Source: Eledone cirrhosa (Eukaryota). From it: a stretch of DNA of 64,000 nucleotides. Shown here piece after piece: positions 27,376 through 39,943 of the stretch. Within the stretch, counting starts at the first letter, position 1. The number at the start of each line of letters is the position of its first letter. Below the pieces are notes generated by a model. It was given only the letters and a program-made list of their open reading frames with translations, was not told the origin of the DNA and searched no databases. Made by a program: the position numbers and the translations under genes. The stretch is from contig OZ024743.1 in assembly GCA_964016885.1 (NCBI GenBank), positions 279,062,001-279,126,000 on the forward strand, in the 5' to 3' direction.

Positions 27376-30300
27376 CCCCTGGATAGGTCGGAAGGAAGAT
27401 GATCACCTACCCACGTTGCTTTTGGTGAGCAGGCTAGTTTCAGATCTTTGGGGTTTCTAAATCCCCCTTGGGTTGTACTCCACCCTATTAGTGAATTCTG
27501 TTGTTTGTATTGTATTTTTATTACATGTTTTGTTTGCGTATACGTTTTTAAACATTATTTGTAAATCTCTACTGCCCTTGCATTTTGTATTATACCTTTG
27601 TTTCGTCCCACATAATGTTGTTATTGCTGTTACCAGGATTATAGTCGAGAGCATAATGGATTGAATGAGTGTCTTGTGTCTTTTAAGTTTCTATGGTCCT
27701 ACACATTTTGTACCTAGTTCCATTGCCGCAGTTGGCATTTACTTTTATCATAACATATCACATATATTAAGTATTAGCCATTCAAGAATTCAATCATCTC
27801 TATATTTACCCTATCCCAATATATCTTGCCAAATGTTAGTTATCATTATTATCTATATAGGCGGGGAGTTGGGGAGACATTAGGGCATTGGATAAAACGA
27901 TTTATATTATTCATTCGGGGTCCCTGCGCTCTGTGTTTAAATTTGTAAAAGGTTGGTTACGATTGTTTGGGAAAAGTGGTACATATGTGGAATGGAAATA
28001 CAAGTGTGAAAACTAGAGAAAAACGTGAAAAGCAAAACAAAACAACAGTTTATATTTTTACCTTACATTTCAAACTTGTAAGCTGAAGTCATTTCAACTA
28101 TAATGATTGCAATTCTTTTTTAGCCTACGCTATCCAATGTATAATTCTTTAGCCTATACGCCAGGGTCTGATGTCGAAGAACTTGAGGGATATAGATGGC
28201 CTCCTTAATAACACGTCTATGGGTAGAATTGAATTGTGGAGCAGAATTCACCCATGGTAGAATTTACTCATAGTACTATGAGTAAGCTGAGAGTATTTTC
28301 TAGCTCAAGCTTAAGCAATTCATGTCTTCTTATCTATTTTCTCTCCATTTTTTCTCGTCTACACTACGACGTATTCAATATATTTTATCTTTTCCTTTTC
28401 TCTTCTTCATATTTGATACTTCTTGCTATTTTTTTTTTACTTTATCTCGTTCCTTCACTAGCTTGTATTAAGCCTCTCTTTCTTTTTCACTTTTTTCTCT
28501 TTATATTTCTGTTTGTATCTTTATCATTTGTATATTCGGAATATTTACATTCTATCTGCAGCTACACCAATTTCTTGAAAATGACATACATAAGTAGCTA
28601 AGCACTTACATACACACACACTCTTAAACACACACACTATCACACACTCCCACACGTATGCATGCACACATAAATTTACACCACAAAATCACACATGCCC
28701 AGATATACATACTTCATACAAACACATATACAATTACGTCAAACTTACATTCACACATTCAGGTCTCCATTGAAGCACGCCCATTCTTTCCCATTTTCTC
28801 TATCAAACACCACACACACATACTGTACATATTATTCAGATTTAAACATACACGTAAATTTAAATGTACAATGAACATATACTCTCATACGCGCGACGCT
28901 AAGTGACACATTTAAACATAGCATACATGCATATATGAACACACTTGTATAGACATACGAAAATACACATACACATAATCGCCATTCACACTTATTCACA
29001 TTCATTTACTCATACACAGATCGACAGACACGTCCTCAGACAACCACCTTCTAAATTACATCCTACTTGGTTATTACTAGTAATTATAACCATCACTGTT
29101 AAAGTAATATTGGTGTTTGTAATTATATAGTCCTACTAATAGTGACATTGCTTTTTCTTAGTCGCCTATTGCATTGTTACTAACGCTTCTTAATGGCTTC
29201 CCTTATAATCTTACTAATTGCTATAGTCGTACACTTTCTTGCTATATAATACAACCGCTTTTAACTACCGCCTCTGATTTAATGTTACTAATTGCCTACT
29301 AAAAGACTTCACTGCTGTTGCTATCGTCGTTAATATTACACAGCTGCTGTAGGTAGGTTCGATTTATAGTTGATGAAAAAGAAATAGTAAAATGTAATAC
29401 AATAAAATGAAAACTAAAAATACATTTAAAACTAAAGAAAAGAAAAACGGACAAGAGAAAAAGACTAATTTCGGTATGACATAAAATATGTTTTTCATTT
29501 TATGACACTTTATTGTATTTTTTTTTTTTTTTTTCTATGTAGAATTAAATGATTTCAGGGACCTGCACTCATATAGCTACATTGGTAATACATCAGGCTA
29601 CAATCTGAAAATTGATCGATGGTTCTTTTAGTAAGTATATTTTGATCCTGTCCACTCATCTAAAACTCAACAGTTCCAGTTACTTGACGGTGATATTAAA
29701 TACTAAAGATTGAAATTAACATTGGAGATGTCATTATTGTTTGAATTATCTGCAATAGAGTGCACTGTTGTGCTTCTTTCAAATTAGGTTGTGATGTGGA
29801 TTGTATCAGTTTTAACACAAGCGCTTATACTACAGCTTTGCTCTCAATAAATATCGCCGTCAGTAGCAGTAATGGAGGCTGTGTGAAGCCATTCAACCCC
29901 TAGAATAGAACAAGTTGGATAATATAATTCTCTGTTCTCTACACATAGAATATAGACGGCATAGGTATGTAATTTGAGAGAGATTTGTTTGCTATTTCTA
30001 GCAGGTCGTTAGATTACATAAAAATTCCTTCGACTACATGGAAGCTCCTTACGTGCAATGAACTCAAGGTCACCTTATCCAATGTCTTCGTTTTTAAGAT
30101 TCGAGAGAGATTTGATTATCATATATATCAGAAGAAGCGAATATAGAGGCGCAATCACTAGTTTGTACAGAAAAAAAAAGGTGTGAATGCATTACGGGAC
30201 AGATTCGCAAGTAGTTGTGATGAGTTATTCGAGAACTAAGTGTCTTGATGTTAAATTGTGTATTAAGCGTCTGAGATATAAGACAAATACATAACTGCAC

Positions 30301-31804
30301 AAAAGCAGTACATGATTTCACCGAAGCTATTGTAAATAAACTCACTGAGATATGTAGTGTCATTTTTACATATTTCTCTGAGGATCGAAAATGTATGAAC
30401 GCACTATCAGTTTAAGTATGTGGAGAAATACATCTGGAAAACACACATTAATGTAAGTCGTTGCTTTGATTTATACATTACATATTATTTATGTGTCTTT
30501 GTCAGAGAAGGAACGCAGTCAGTCTCATATAATTCTCACCACCTATTACTTGCCTGTTTATCTTCTCAGCCATCTCGCCTCTTATGTAAATATTCGGATA
30601 TAAATCCATATCCGAAGATGTTTGGATGTCTATATGCCTAGGTGAATCATGAAAGTAACCATATTATTTTACATTTTAACCATTCTCTGACGTGGGCATA
30701 AAAGTGTTTTTAGTTTTTTTTTTTTTCTTTTTTCATCGAACGTTTATGCAGTTGCTGTTTGTAGCAACAAAAGACTATCAACATATCAGCCGAATTCTTA
30801 ACAATAAGATGCGTCCATGGCTAATCACATCATGTAACTATCAATAGGTACCATGTGGTACACCTTACGGCTTACTGAATAGTTGATACGTGTTTTGTTG
30901 TCGCAAAGGAATTTAAAAGTTCAAGCCTGAGGAATGTAAAAAGAAATCATTTTAGTATAATCTTTCCATCTCTCTATTTTGTTTTCACACATTAACAGTG
31001 ATACTCTCTCTCTCCACCACTCCCTCTTATTCTCCATCTTTCACTCCCATCCCTCCATTTCGCATTACGATGTGATGTTGATAAATTATTTTGATTGGTG
31101 TCCAAACAATTAAAAGTATATTTTATAACAGTTTCACAATTATGTTGTTTTACTTAGTCGCAAGAATAGGATGTTTTAGCATTCATAACTTTCTAAGAAG
31201 GCGAGGATAACCACACGCAAAAGATAACACATTTGCTTTTCCAACTAAAGAATTTAAACAAACAAAAGAAGTACTGGTGAAATATGGACTTGAGAAAAAG
31301 CTGATTTACAGGAATTAGTTCTTTTTTGTTAGATGGTACTAAATAAAAAGCAAAGTTTTTTTAACAGATAAAATAAAAACAATTCCAAAAAACGAAATTC
31401 ACAAACCGGAATTGTTGTGCACAAGAAAGTTGATGTAGAATTAAATAAAAGAATTGTGTGAGCTGCGGTATCAATTTAGGTTACGTCAATTGAATAGTGT
31501 TCTTGATAGTGACCAATCGCAACACAATGACATAGAGGTAAATTCTAACAGGCATAAAAGGGTATATAAAGCCAATATTTTAACCAAATCGGTGGATAGC
31601 CAGAGTCCGGAAAACGCCAGTAAATTGATTTTCAATATTTAGTCAAGATACATTACGCTCAGAGTTTCTTCTTCCTGGTCGATAAGAATGTATCAATAAA
31701 TGAATGAAGTACTGGGAGTCCATTGCTGCGATTGCACTCCCTTCCAAATGTTTAGTCATGTGTCACAATTAGAAACCATTATAAATGTAATTCAGTAATA
31801 ATGA

Positions 31805-32012
31805 TTTCTACCATGGGCATAGGACCAGCAATTTTGGGGGAGGAACAGTCGATTAAATCGACCCAGGTGCATTACTGGTGCCTTAATTTATCAACCTCAT
31901 AAGGATGAAAAGCAAAGCTAACTTCGGCGGCATTTGAACACAGAGCGTAAACAGCCATAACTCTCTGCCGCAAAGCATCGTGTCCGACGCTCAACCGATA
32001 CTGCCAATCCAC
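31805..32012 (-). mobile_element. tRNA-derived SINE copy
   Basis: Matches the 41-242 family (ggatgaaaagcaaag..tttgaac..accgatactgccaatcc). Confidence 0.75.
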
Positions 32013-32280
32013 AGGCCTTCTGTAATTCAGGAATAATGAATACACAATCTTTGAAGAGACAGACAATATGCTTTTCCGTTGTGAATCCAAATGCTGCCAA
32101 TATCAATTTTTATTTTAATTCTTCTAGAATCGGTAAAATAGAGTATTAGTTATATTAAATATTGTAGCCAATATGAATGATAGATGCCCCATAGAATAGC
32201 GTTTGTTAGAAAGAATTATTGCTGAACTTTATTGTTTGTTATTTTCTTAATCCTTTCAAAGTTCTGAAGATAGGGTAGTT

Positions 32281-32494
32281 CAATAGATAGGGTACTTTCG
32301 AATATACGTTCAATAGATAGGGCACTTTGGAATATACGTTCAATAGATAGGGTACTTTGGAATATACCTTCAATAGATAGGGTACTTTGGAATATATTTT
32401 CAATAGATAGGACACTTTGGAATATACGTTCAATAGATAGGACACTTTGGAATATACGTTCAATAGATAGGGCACTTTGCAATATCACTTCAAT
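32281..32494. repeat. 30-bp minisatellite, 7 units (caatagatagggyactttggaatatacgtt)
   Basis: Exact 30-bp period with no unique spacers. Confidence 0.95.
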
Positions 32495-32924
32495 TTTAGT
32501 CACTAAACGACTAACGTCCTGTTACACACGAAACTGTATGAACAATACATTCTTCCAAATAAGACAGCTGGAGGTTTTTCGGCTATTCTAAAAAGAATAT
32601 TAGTTTCCTCGTATTTTCATAGTAAGAACCTAATTTTTACGTAGCAAGAATTCGTTCTCCTGGCTCCACGTAATAGCGTAATTCTCCTTGCATATAATTT
32701 GCTAATCTCAAGAGAACGTCCTCGTGCACTACCGTTTTAGCTTCCTTTTCTCTAGGAGAAATATTTGGTCGTAATATTTTTGAAATATATATTTCTGAGC
32801 CTACAGATTGATTTATCCCAGTTTCAGATGATACATCTCGGAGTGAAAGCTGTAATTCATTGATTCAACTTTTAATCCGTATTAATAATAAATATTTACT
32901 CTCAGGGTTTATATATATATATAT

Positions 32925-33061
32925 ATAGGAATAAAGTAGGACTTCGACGGCAGAGCTCTGCCGTCGGGGTCTTACTTTTTCCTATTTCTCACTCTACTAC
33001 CCTAAGTATTGAGTACTCTGGTGGGTTATGGTCCATCTGGTTCCTTACCACAATTCCTTTG

Positions 33062-33062
<1 letters not shown>
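32925..33062 (+). mobile_element. Family A copy folded back at the GAGCTC palindrome
   Basis: cgacggcagagctctgccgtcg centre followed by the family tail. Confidence 0.65.
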
Positions 33063-33527
<465 letters not shown>

Positions 33528-33576
33528 GTATATATGCATATATATATACAGTTCTGCCGTCGGGGTCAAACATTTT

Positions 33577-33643
<67 letters not shown>

Positions 33644-34199
33644 TATACATACATTTCTCTCTCTCTCTATCTATCTATCTCTCTCTCTCTCTCTATATAT
33701 ATATATACAACAATCACACCTACATGTATACATAAACAAACATTAACATAAAGAAAGGCGCCTACCCGCGTCTGTGTATAGGATGAAAATGTTTAAATAA
33801 AAACAACTGTAGCCAAAGCAATGTATGAGAATGATATCTAGCGATCATTAGGGAGACATGAAAGAATTGCTAAGGAATGTTATTTTCGTTTATATTTGAA
33901 AATGAAGGGTAACTCAAATGAAAGCGATATTTACAGAAATGAAGAAGCACGTAATAGCAGGAGGTAGAGCATGAGTAGGGTATTGGTTAGATCAGATATA
34001 GGTTCAGGAAATACACTCTGACACGCGTAGGCACAGACGTATATACACATAAAACATACATACATACATACATACATACATACATACATACATACATACA
34101 TACATACATACATACATACAAAGATACATACATACATACAAACAAAGAAACATACATTCATACATACAAACAAAGAAACATACATACATACATGGTGGT

Positions 34200-34467
34200 G
34201 GTGGCTGCCAACTCGTTTTCGAGTGCGGCCACTACTTTATATCCATGTAGGAGAACCCCTACCGATATGCTGAACGAGTGTGGATTTTTAGTCCAGCCAG
34301 CGACTTGAAAAATCTGATATAAACACGACACTTGTGGCAATTATTGACACCTAGTGCTGGGCCCATGGTACCATGTGACCCAAGGTGTCGTGTGAGATCA
34401 CTACTCGAACTGCATACCCTTCCACAAGTATTACATGTCATCGTCAGATGAACATTTATAGCTCCAC
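34200..34467 (-). mobile_element. RTE-like LINE 3' fragment encoding C2H2 zinc fingers, with (TATG)n tail
   Basis: Peptide CNTCGRVCSSSSDLTRHLGSH..CHKC..FKSLAGLKIH. Duplicated at 34570-34760. Confidence 0.6.
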
Positions 34468-34569
34468 ATACATACATACATACATACATACATACATACA
34501 TACATACATACATACATACATACATGCAAAGACACATACATACATACAAAGATAAATACATGCATATAG

Positions 34570-35172
34570 GTTGGTTGCCAACTCGTTTTCGAGTACGGCC
34601 ACTATTTTATATCCATGTAGGAGAACCCCAACCGATGCGCTGAACGAGGGTGACATTTAGCCCAGCCAGCGTCTTGAAAACTCTGGTACAAACACTACAC
34701 TTGTGACAATTACTGACACATAGTGCTGAGCTCATGGTACCATGTGATGACAAGTACAGAGAGATCTGCAGATATAAAGCAATGCCTGTGCCGTGAAGCT
34801 TTTATAGTGAGCAAAGGCATTGCACAAAGCCAGTCCCACTCTCTTAACCAAGATGATATTTACCGAAAAGAAAAACAAGTCAATATCATTGGATACCATC
34901 AGGATTGCAGGTGTTATATCAGAGTTTTCCTTCTCCTAGAATTCTGCCTTAACAAAGTCTAAGAGGTAATCTATCCTGGTGATTTAGGATGGTCATTGAC
35001 TCTTAAGAGCTCCTTTTCCCTTTGACAGGTTTTGTTTTTAGTCCTGCAGGATTTCCAAAGTCACCCTCCTCACCAAGAAACCTTGGTGGGGTTGCCAGTT
35101 TAGTCGCCAACGACTCGACCATAAGACTGGTTGTACTGGGATACATGTTACCAGTAGCACCAACTGGTGACC
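34570..35172 (-). mobile_element. Non-autonomous RTE deletion derivative (5'UTR fused to the zinc-finger 3' end)
   Basis: Minus strand has RTE-type UTR motifs TGGCAACCCCACC and CTAGGAGAAGGAAAACTCTGA, joined to a homologue of 34200-34400. (TATG)n-like sequence on both sides. Confidence 0.55.
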
Positions 35173-35629
35173 TGAGATGCATATATACATACATACACAC
35201 ATACAAAGATGCATACATACAAAGATGCAAACATATGTATACATATATACATGTACATAAATATCAGCCCACTTTTTCTTAATCACAGTATCCTACGTCG
35301 GTTGTGGTAGATAAACATTATATACGTGTAAATAGATATAAGTTTAAGTCTGTACCTGCATTTTATATATATCTACACATACATATATTGTGTGTGTGTG
35401 TGCATATATATATATATGTTTGCTCTGATCAGAGCAAACATCACGGACGCTCTATCTCAAAATTATTTTTGAAAAGCATTTAGAAATGCGCAACCGGTAA
35501 AACTTAAAACCAAAACTGAATACTAACCAATACAATTACTAATTCTCATTTATTCCTAATTAAACTATTTTTCACTGTGAACAATTTGTCAGCATTTTCT
35601 ATTCCGTTTACCAATATATATAAATATAC

Positions 35630-36113
35630 GATGCGCGTTAAGTCTTTTCTCAAGCATTTTACCTGTATGGGGCACCAGGTGCCCGCTCTAGAGTTACAAG
35701 TTCTGCTGTCACTTCTTGTGCGACCGATGTCCGGGCCCCGATCTGTTATGGCCCTCTCAAGTTTCTCAGGGTGCTGTACCGCCGACACTGTTGTCTCCCC
35801 CATGCCACTATTTCCCTCTCATTGTTGGACCATATCGCCCTCCGCGGGCGCTCTGGACGCCTCGGGGGCCGGGTTGTTATTTGAGGGCAGGTCCCTGGGT
35901 GGTTCTCTGCGCTCCGAAAGACGGTCACTCTGTCGCCGCGGTTGACGGCCAGTGTGCGCCATCTTCACAGCGTTAATTTTAGCCATGTAGTCGGCCATAT
36001 TCGGCGCCGTGCAGAAGGAAAATTTCACCGTGTGGCGGTTGAAGATTTTGTGATACTTGTTTGTCGGCGGAAATCACTCATCCAACGCTCGGAAGAAAAG
36101 CCCTGGCACGTTG
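35630..36113 (-). pseudogene. Penelope-like element fragment (RT C-terminus and linker up to the Cys motif before GIY-YIG)
   Basis: One frame reads NVPGLFFRALDE*FPPTNKYHKIFNRHTVKFSFCTAPNM...RTCNSRAGTWCPIQVKCL. This matches the FP..HKIFNR.TVK.S and CxCR..CP..xKC motifs of Penelope-like ORFs. Two in-frame TGA. Confidence 0.75.
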
Positions 36114-36289
36114 GTGCGTACATGTTTGGAGTATTATATAGATGTATATGTGGGTGCGGGTACATGCCTATGTGGGCCTCTATATGTGTGTATGAGTATT
36201 TGTGCATACATGTATGTGTTTATGTTCATGTCATAGGAATGTGTGCGGAGGATAATATATGGAGTATATATGCTTTTTATTATTAATAT

Positions 36290-36420
36290 AGTTACGTCCC
36301 TTTACGATCTGAGTTCAAATCCCGCTGAGGTTGACTTTGCCTTTCATCCTTACGAGGTCGATAAAATAAAGTACCAGTAATGCACTGGATAATTGCTGGC
36401 CTTGTGCCTAAAGTAGAAAC
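36290..36420 (+). mobile_element. SINE copy, 5' truncated
   Basis: ctgagttcaaatcccgctgaggttgactttgcctttcatcc..gtcgataaaataaagtacc..ggccttgtgcctaaagtagaaac. Confidence 0.8.
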
Positions 36421-38181
36421 AATTATTAATATTATTCTTGTTGTATTATCTTATCACATATCCCTTATATATATATCCATATATATGAGTATATGTATGT
36501 ATGAATCTGTGTACATGTGTGTGTGTATATATATATATATATATACACACACACAAAAAAACTCAATATACCATAAAATAACGGTAAATTACGCTAATTT
36601 ACCGTTATTTTATGGTATATTGTGTTTTTTTATTGCATAATGTATTTTTAACTTTTAATTTACGGTTTTGTTTATATATATATATGTCGAAGCACATGTA
36701 TGTGTAGACAAATATGCATATCTGCAGGTGTATGCATGTGGCAGCACGTGTGCGTATGCATGTGTAGATGTATATATGTCGGCATATGCGTAGGTATATG
36801 TATGTATATATGTGGCTGTGCGTATGCATGTTAAGTTGTCGATTTTTGGGGTATATATATATAGAGATATATATGTGTGTATGTACGTGTGTATGTAATG
36901 TCTGTGTACGTATGTGTATTTGAATGTATGTGTGGGCATGTGTGAGTGTATATATGTATATGTATGTGTGTGTGTATGTATGTATATGTGCGTATATATA
37001 TGTGTATACACATGTATGTATATGTGTATGTATGTGTATGTATGTGTGTATGTATATAAGTGTGTGTATATATATAAGTGTGTATATAAGTGTGTGTATA
37101 TATATATATATATATAAATTTATATAAGGCTGGGTGTATGTATGTGTGCGCGCGTATGTATGTATATATGTGTATGTTTGCGTAGACCATGCTTATACCA
37201 CCTGATACATGGCGCGAATTAAGCAGCCGTCATAAGGCTTGTGGCGATATGTATCTACAAGTGGGTGTGACTGGGTCCGTGGAAGTGAGGGAGAGAGTGT
37301 GTGTGTATATATACATTTATGGATGTATGTAGGGGTGTATGTGTCTGCGCATGTAGCCGTACGCGTGTGTATGCATAAATATGTATGTCTGCATGTGTGT
37401 GTGTTTGTGTGTGTATATTAGTATGTATGGGTGCTTACTCTGAAGTGTGAGCAGACGTGTGAAATACTGAACCCAGCATGACTCCATCGAAATGTGTCGG
37501 ACGGAAAATGGCTGATGACCCGTGTGGCAGCAGATACTGACCTGAAATTGTGATGACCTGGAGTAAAAACAGCCAATGGCATGACAAGAGTGGAAGTAGG
37601 GTTTTTTTAGGGTGTTTTTTGATGATAACACCCCAGTGATAAAATTTGCTTCAGACGAAACACCCCTGTCTGAATGGACCCGCAGAAGTAGAATCAGCCA
37701 GATCCAGACAAGGACCATGTCCCGCGCTATCTGCCGGCGAAGGAATTGTAACACGCAATAAATTAAGTCCAGATGCATTACTGATTTTCCGTTTTATTTA
37801 TACTATCTACACTCTACTCTGCTGAATATCGAATACTAATTCTGGCATACCGCCTATGGAAGCACCATAGCTCCCATTATACACAACTATATATATATAT
37901 ATATAAATAATTATATATATATATATATATAATATAATAATTCTTTGTTTCTATCTGTATCTTTTTTATTAATATTATATTTATTTTGATGTGACGGTTT
38001 GATTTCGTAACTTTGCCGGTTATACATTTAACTATATCTTCGTTCTCTCTTTTGTCGTTCTTTTTTCCCTACTCCTTTCCATCTGCCCCCCTTCCTTTAT
38101 TTTTTTATCATTAATACTATTATTGATGTAGTGATTTGAATTCATAAGTTTACCATTACGCATGTATTTTGTATTTCTTAT

Positions 38182-38298
38182 CAGTTTCTGATGAAATGAT
38201 GAAGGTTGCATATATTTTAAATTGAGTAATGCTGTCTTCAGTGTTTAGCAATTTTTAGACAACTGTATCATGGAAACAATTGTTAGACTGTAAATAAA
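38182..38298 (+). ncRNA. Type I hammerhead motif with long stem II, followed by AATAAA
   Basis: cagttt CTGATGA a atgat..atcat g GAAAC aatt GTT agactg. AATAAA at 38293-38298. Confidence 0.6.
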
Positions 38299-38410
38299 TC
38301 TCCTTGTTTGTATTGTTGACCGTGTTATTCTTCACTTTTTTAATATAATAATTATATATATATATATATATCGCAAGTAAGTATGTTTTGAAACAGTGAG
38401 CGAGTTTGAA

Positions 38411-38616
38411 ATTAGAAAATATATAGCTTTCACCGTCCGTATTTTTAACTAAAGGAATTTTAGCTTGATAACGGGGTTTAGAACCCTCAGATAAATGGAA
38501 AAAGATGAGTATTGACGTACATGTACGTCAATACTCATCTTTTTCCATTTATCTGAGGGTTCTAAACCCCGTTATCAAGCTAAAATTCCTTTAGTTAAAA
38601 ATACGGTGAAAGCTAT

Positions 38617-38628
<12 letters not shown>
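38411..38628. repeat. Near-perfect 218-bp palindrome with no spacer
   Basis: Centre gtacatgtac (38517-38526). The arms differ only by a 4-nt ccgt duplication. Confidence 0.9.
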
Positions 38629-38657
<29 letters not shown>

Positions 38658-38951
38658 AGTCTGTGTGTGTGCTTTTAATTTATGATTTTTGGTGAGGTTT
38701 TATCTTATTTTATTCAGTTTTTATTGTTCATCACTTCAGATCACTCAACACGTGTCTACCCTAATTTACGAATACAAAAACGAAAAACAAATTGAATAAG
38801 TAATTATAAGCCAGATTGACAGATCTAAATATGGCAGACACTAATAACACTTCTAATAATAATAATAAGGATTTCTAGTATAAGCACAAGACCGGCTGCA
38901 TGCTGCAAAGTATGGCGTCCGATCATCTACCGATACTGCCAAACCACCACC

Positions 38952-39014
<63 letters not shown>

Positions 39015-39943
39015 CGCACGAGGTGACGGAGGTCATGAAATCGCTCCCGTAAGTTTTGAATTTTTAACATATTTAAATCATTTGTGAAATAACAACTCTT
39101 AGTACAAATGCTACGTAAAGCACCCGGCTTGAGCCCCAAAAAAATTCGGACCCAAAATATATTGGTATAAGGCTCAAATATTCAAATATTCAACTTTGTA
39201 TTGTACACTGTATATCCAAAAAAAAATGGCTATAAATGGAAGAAGAAGAACCCCCCCCCCTCCTCTCCTCTGGCTACACTATATAGGACAGCGAAACTCA
39301 CCAACACCAGAAACTAGATACACCACCCACCCCATCATCTGTGTACACTAAACACAACAGCATTTTCACCTTCACCGCCACCGCTCACTACGGCCATCAT
39401 TACCACCACTATCCCATCACCGCCGCCACCACCCCCTGACTCCTTCACTGGTGCTGCCACCGCTACAGCACCATCACTACAGTAATACGGTCGCATCACC
39501 GCCACCACTGCCTCGGTATCGACATCACCACCACCACTGTCTCAGTATCGCCAACGCCGCCAGTCTCTGCTGGCTACCACTTCCACATTATATAATTCCT
39601 ACTACTAACAAAGAGGAAGGCATCAAAATATATAGATAGACTCAAAAGAAAAAAGAAAAAACAAACAACAAAAGCAGCACAGCAACAACAGTAAAAAACG
39701 AGAAAAACAGAGAAAAACAAAAACAAAAAAAGAAACCCCAAAAACGTAAAGAAAATAAGAATGAAGAGAGAAGCAGGCGGACGGACAGAGAAGAGGGGGG
39801 AAAAAGTAAAACTTAAAAAACAAAAACTAAGTCAGACATTCGAATACTACATTACAATGAAACTTATGCTTATTCATTTTTGGGGCCCTTTCTGCCCGTG
39901 TGTTTGTTTGTTTATGTGTGTCCGTATACAGCGTGGTGATAAT

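Noticed and set aside
32281-32494. 30-bp periodic repeat as a CRISPR array or repeat-protein gene
   Set aside because: Units abut with no unique spacers, there are no cas genes and the context is eukaryotic. It is a minisatellite.
34259-34561. Host C2H2 zinc-finger gene exon
   Set aside because: Duplicated, tailed by (TATG)n and linked to RTE UTR motifs, so better explained as a LINE 3' end.
37317-37778. 153-aa minus-strand ORF
   Set aside because: No recognisable domain, and it runs into microsatellite.
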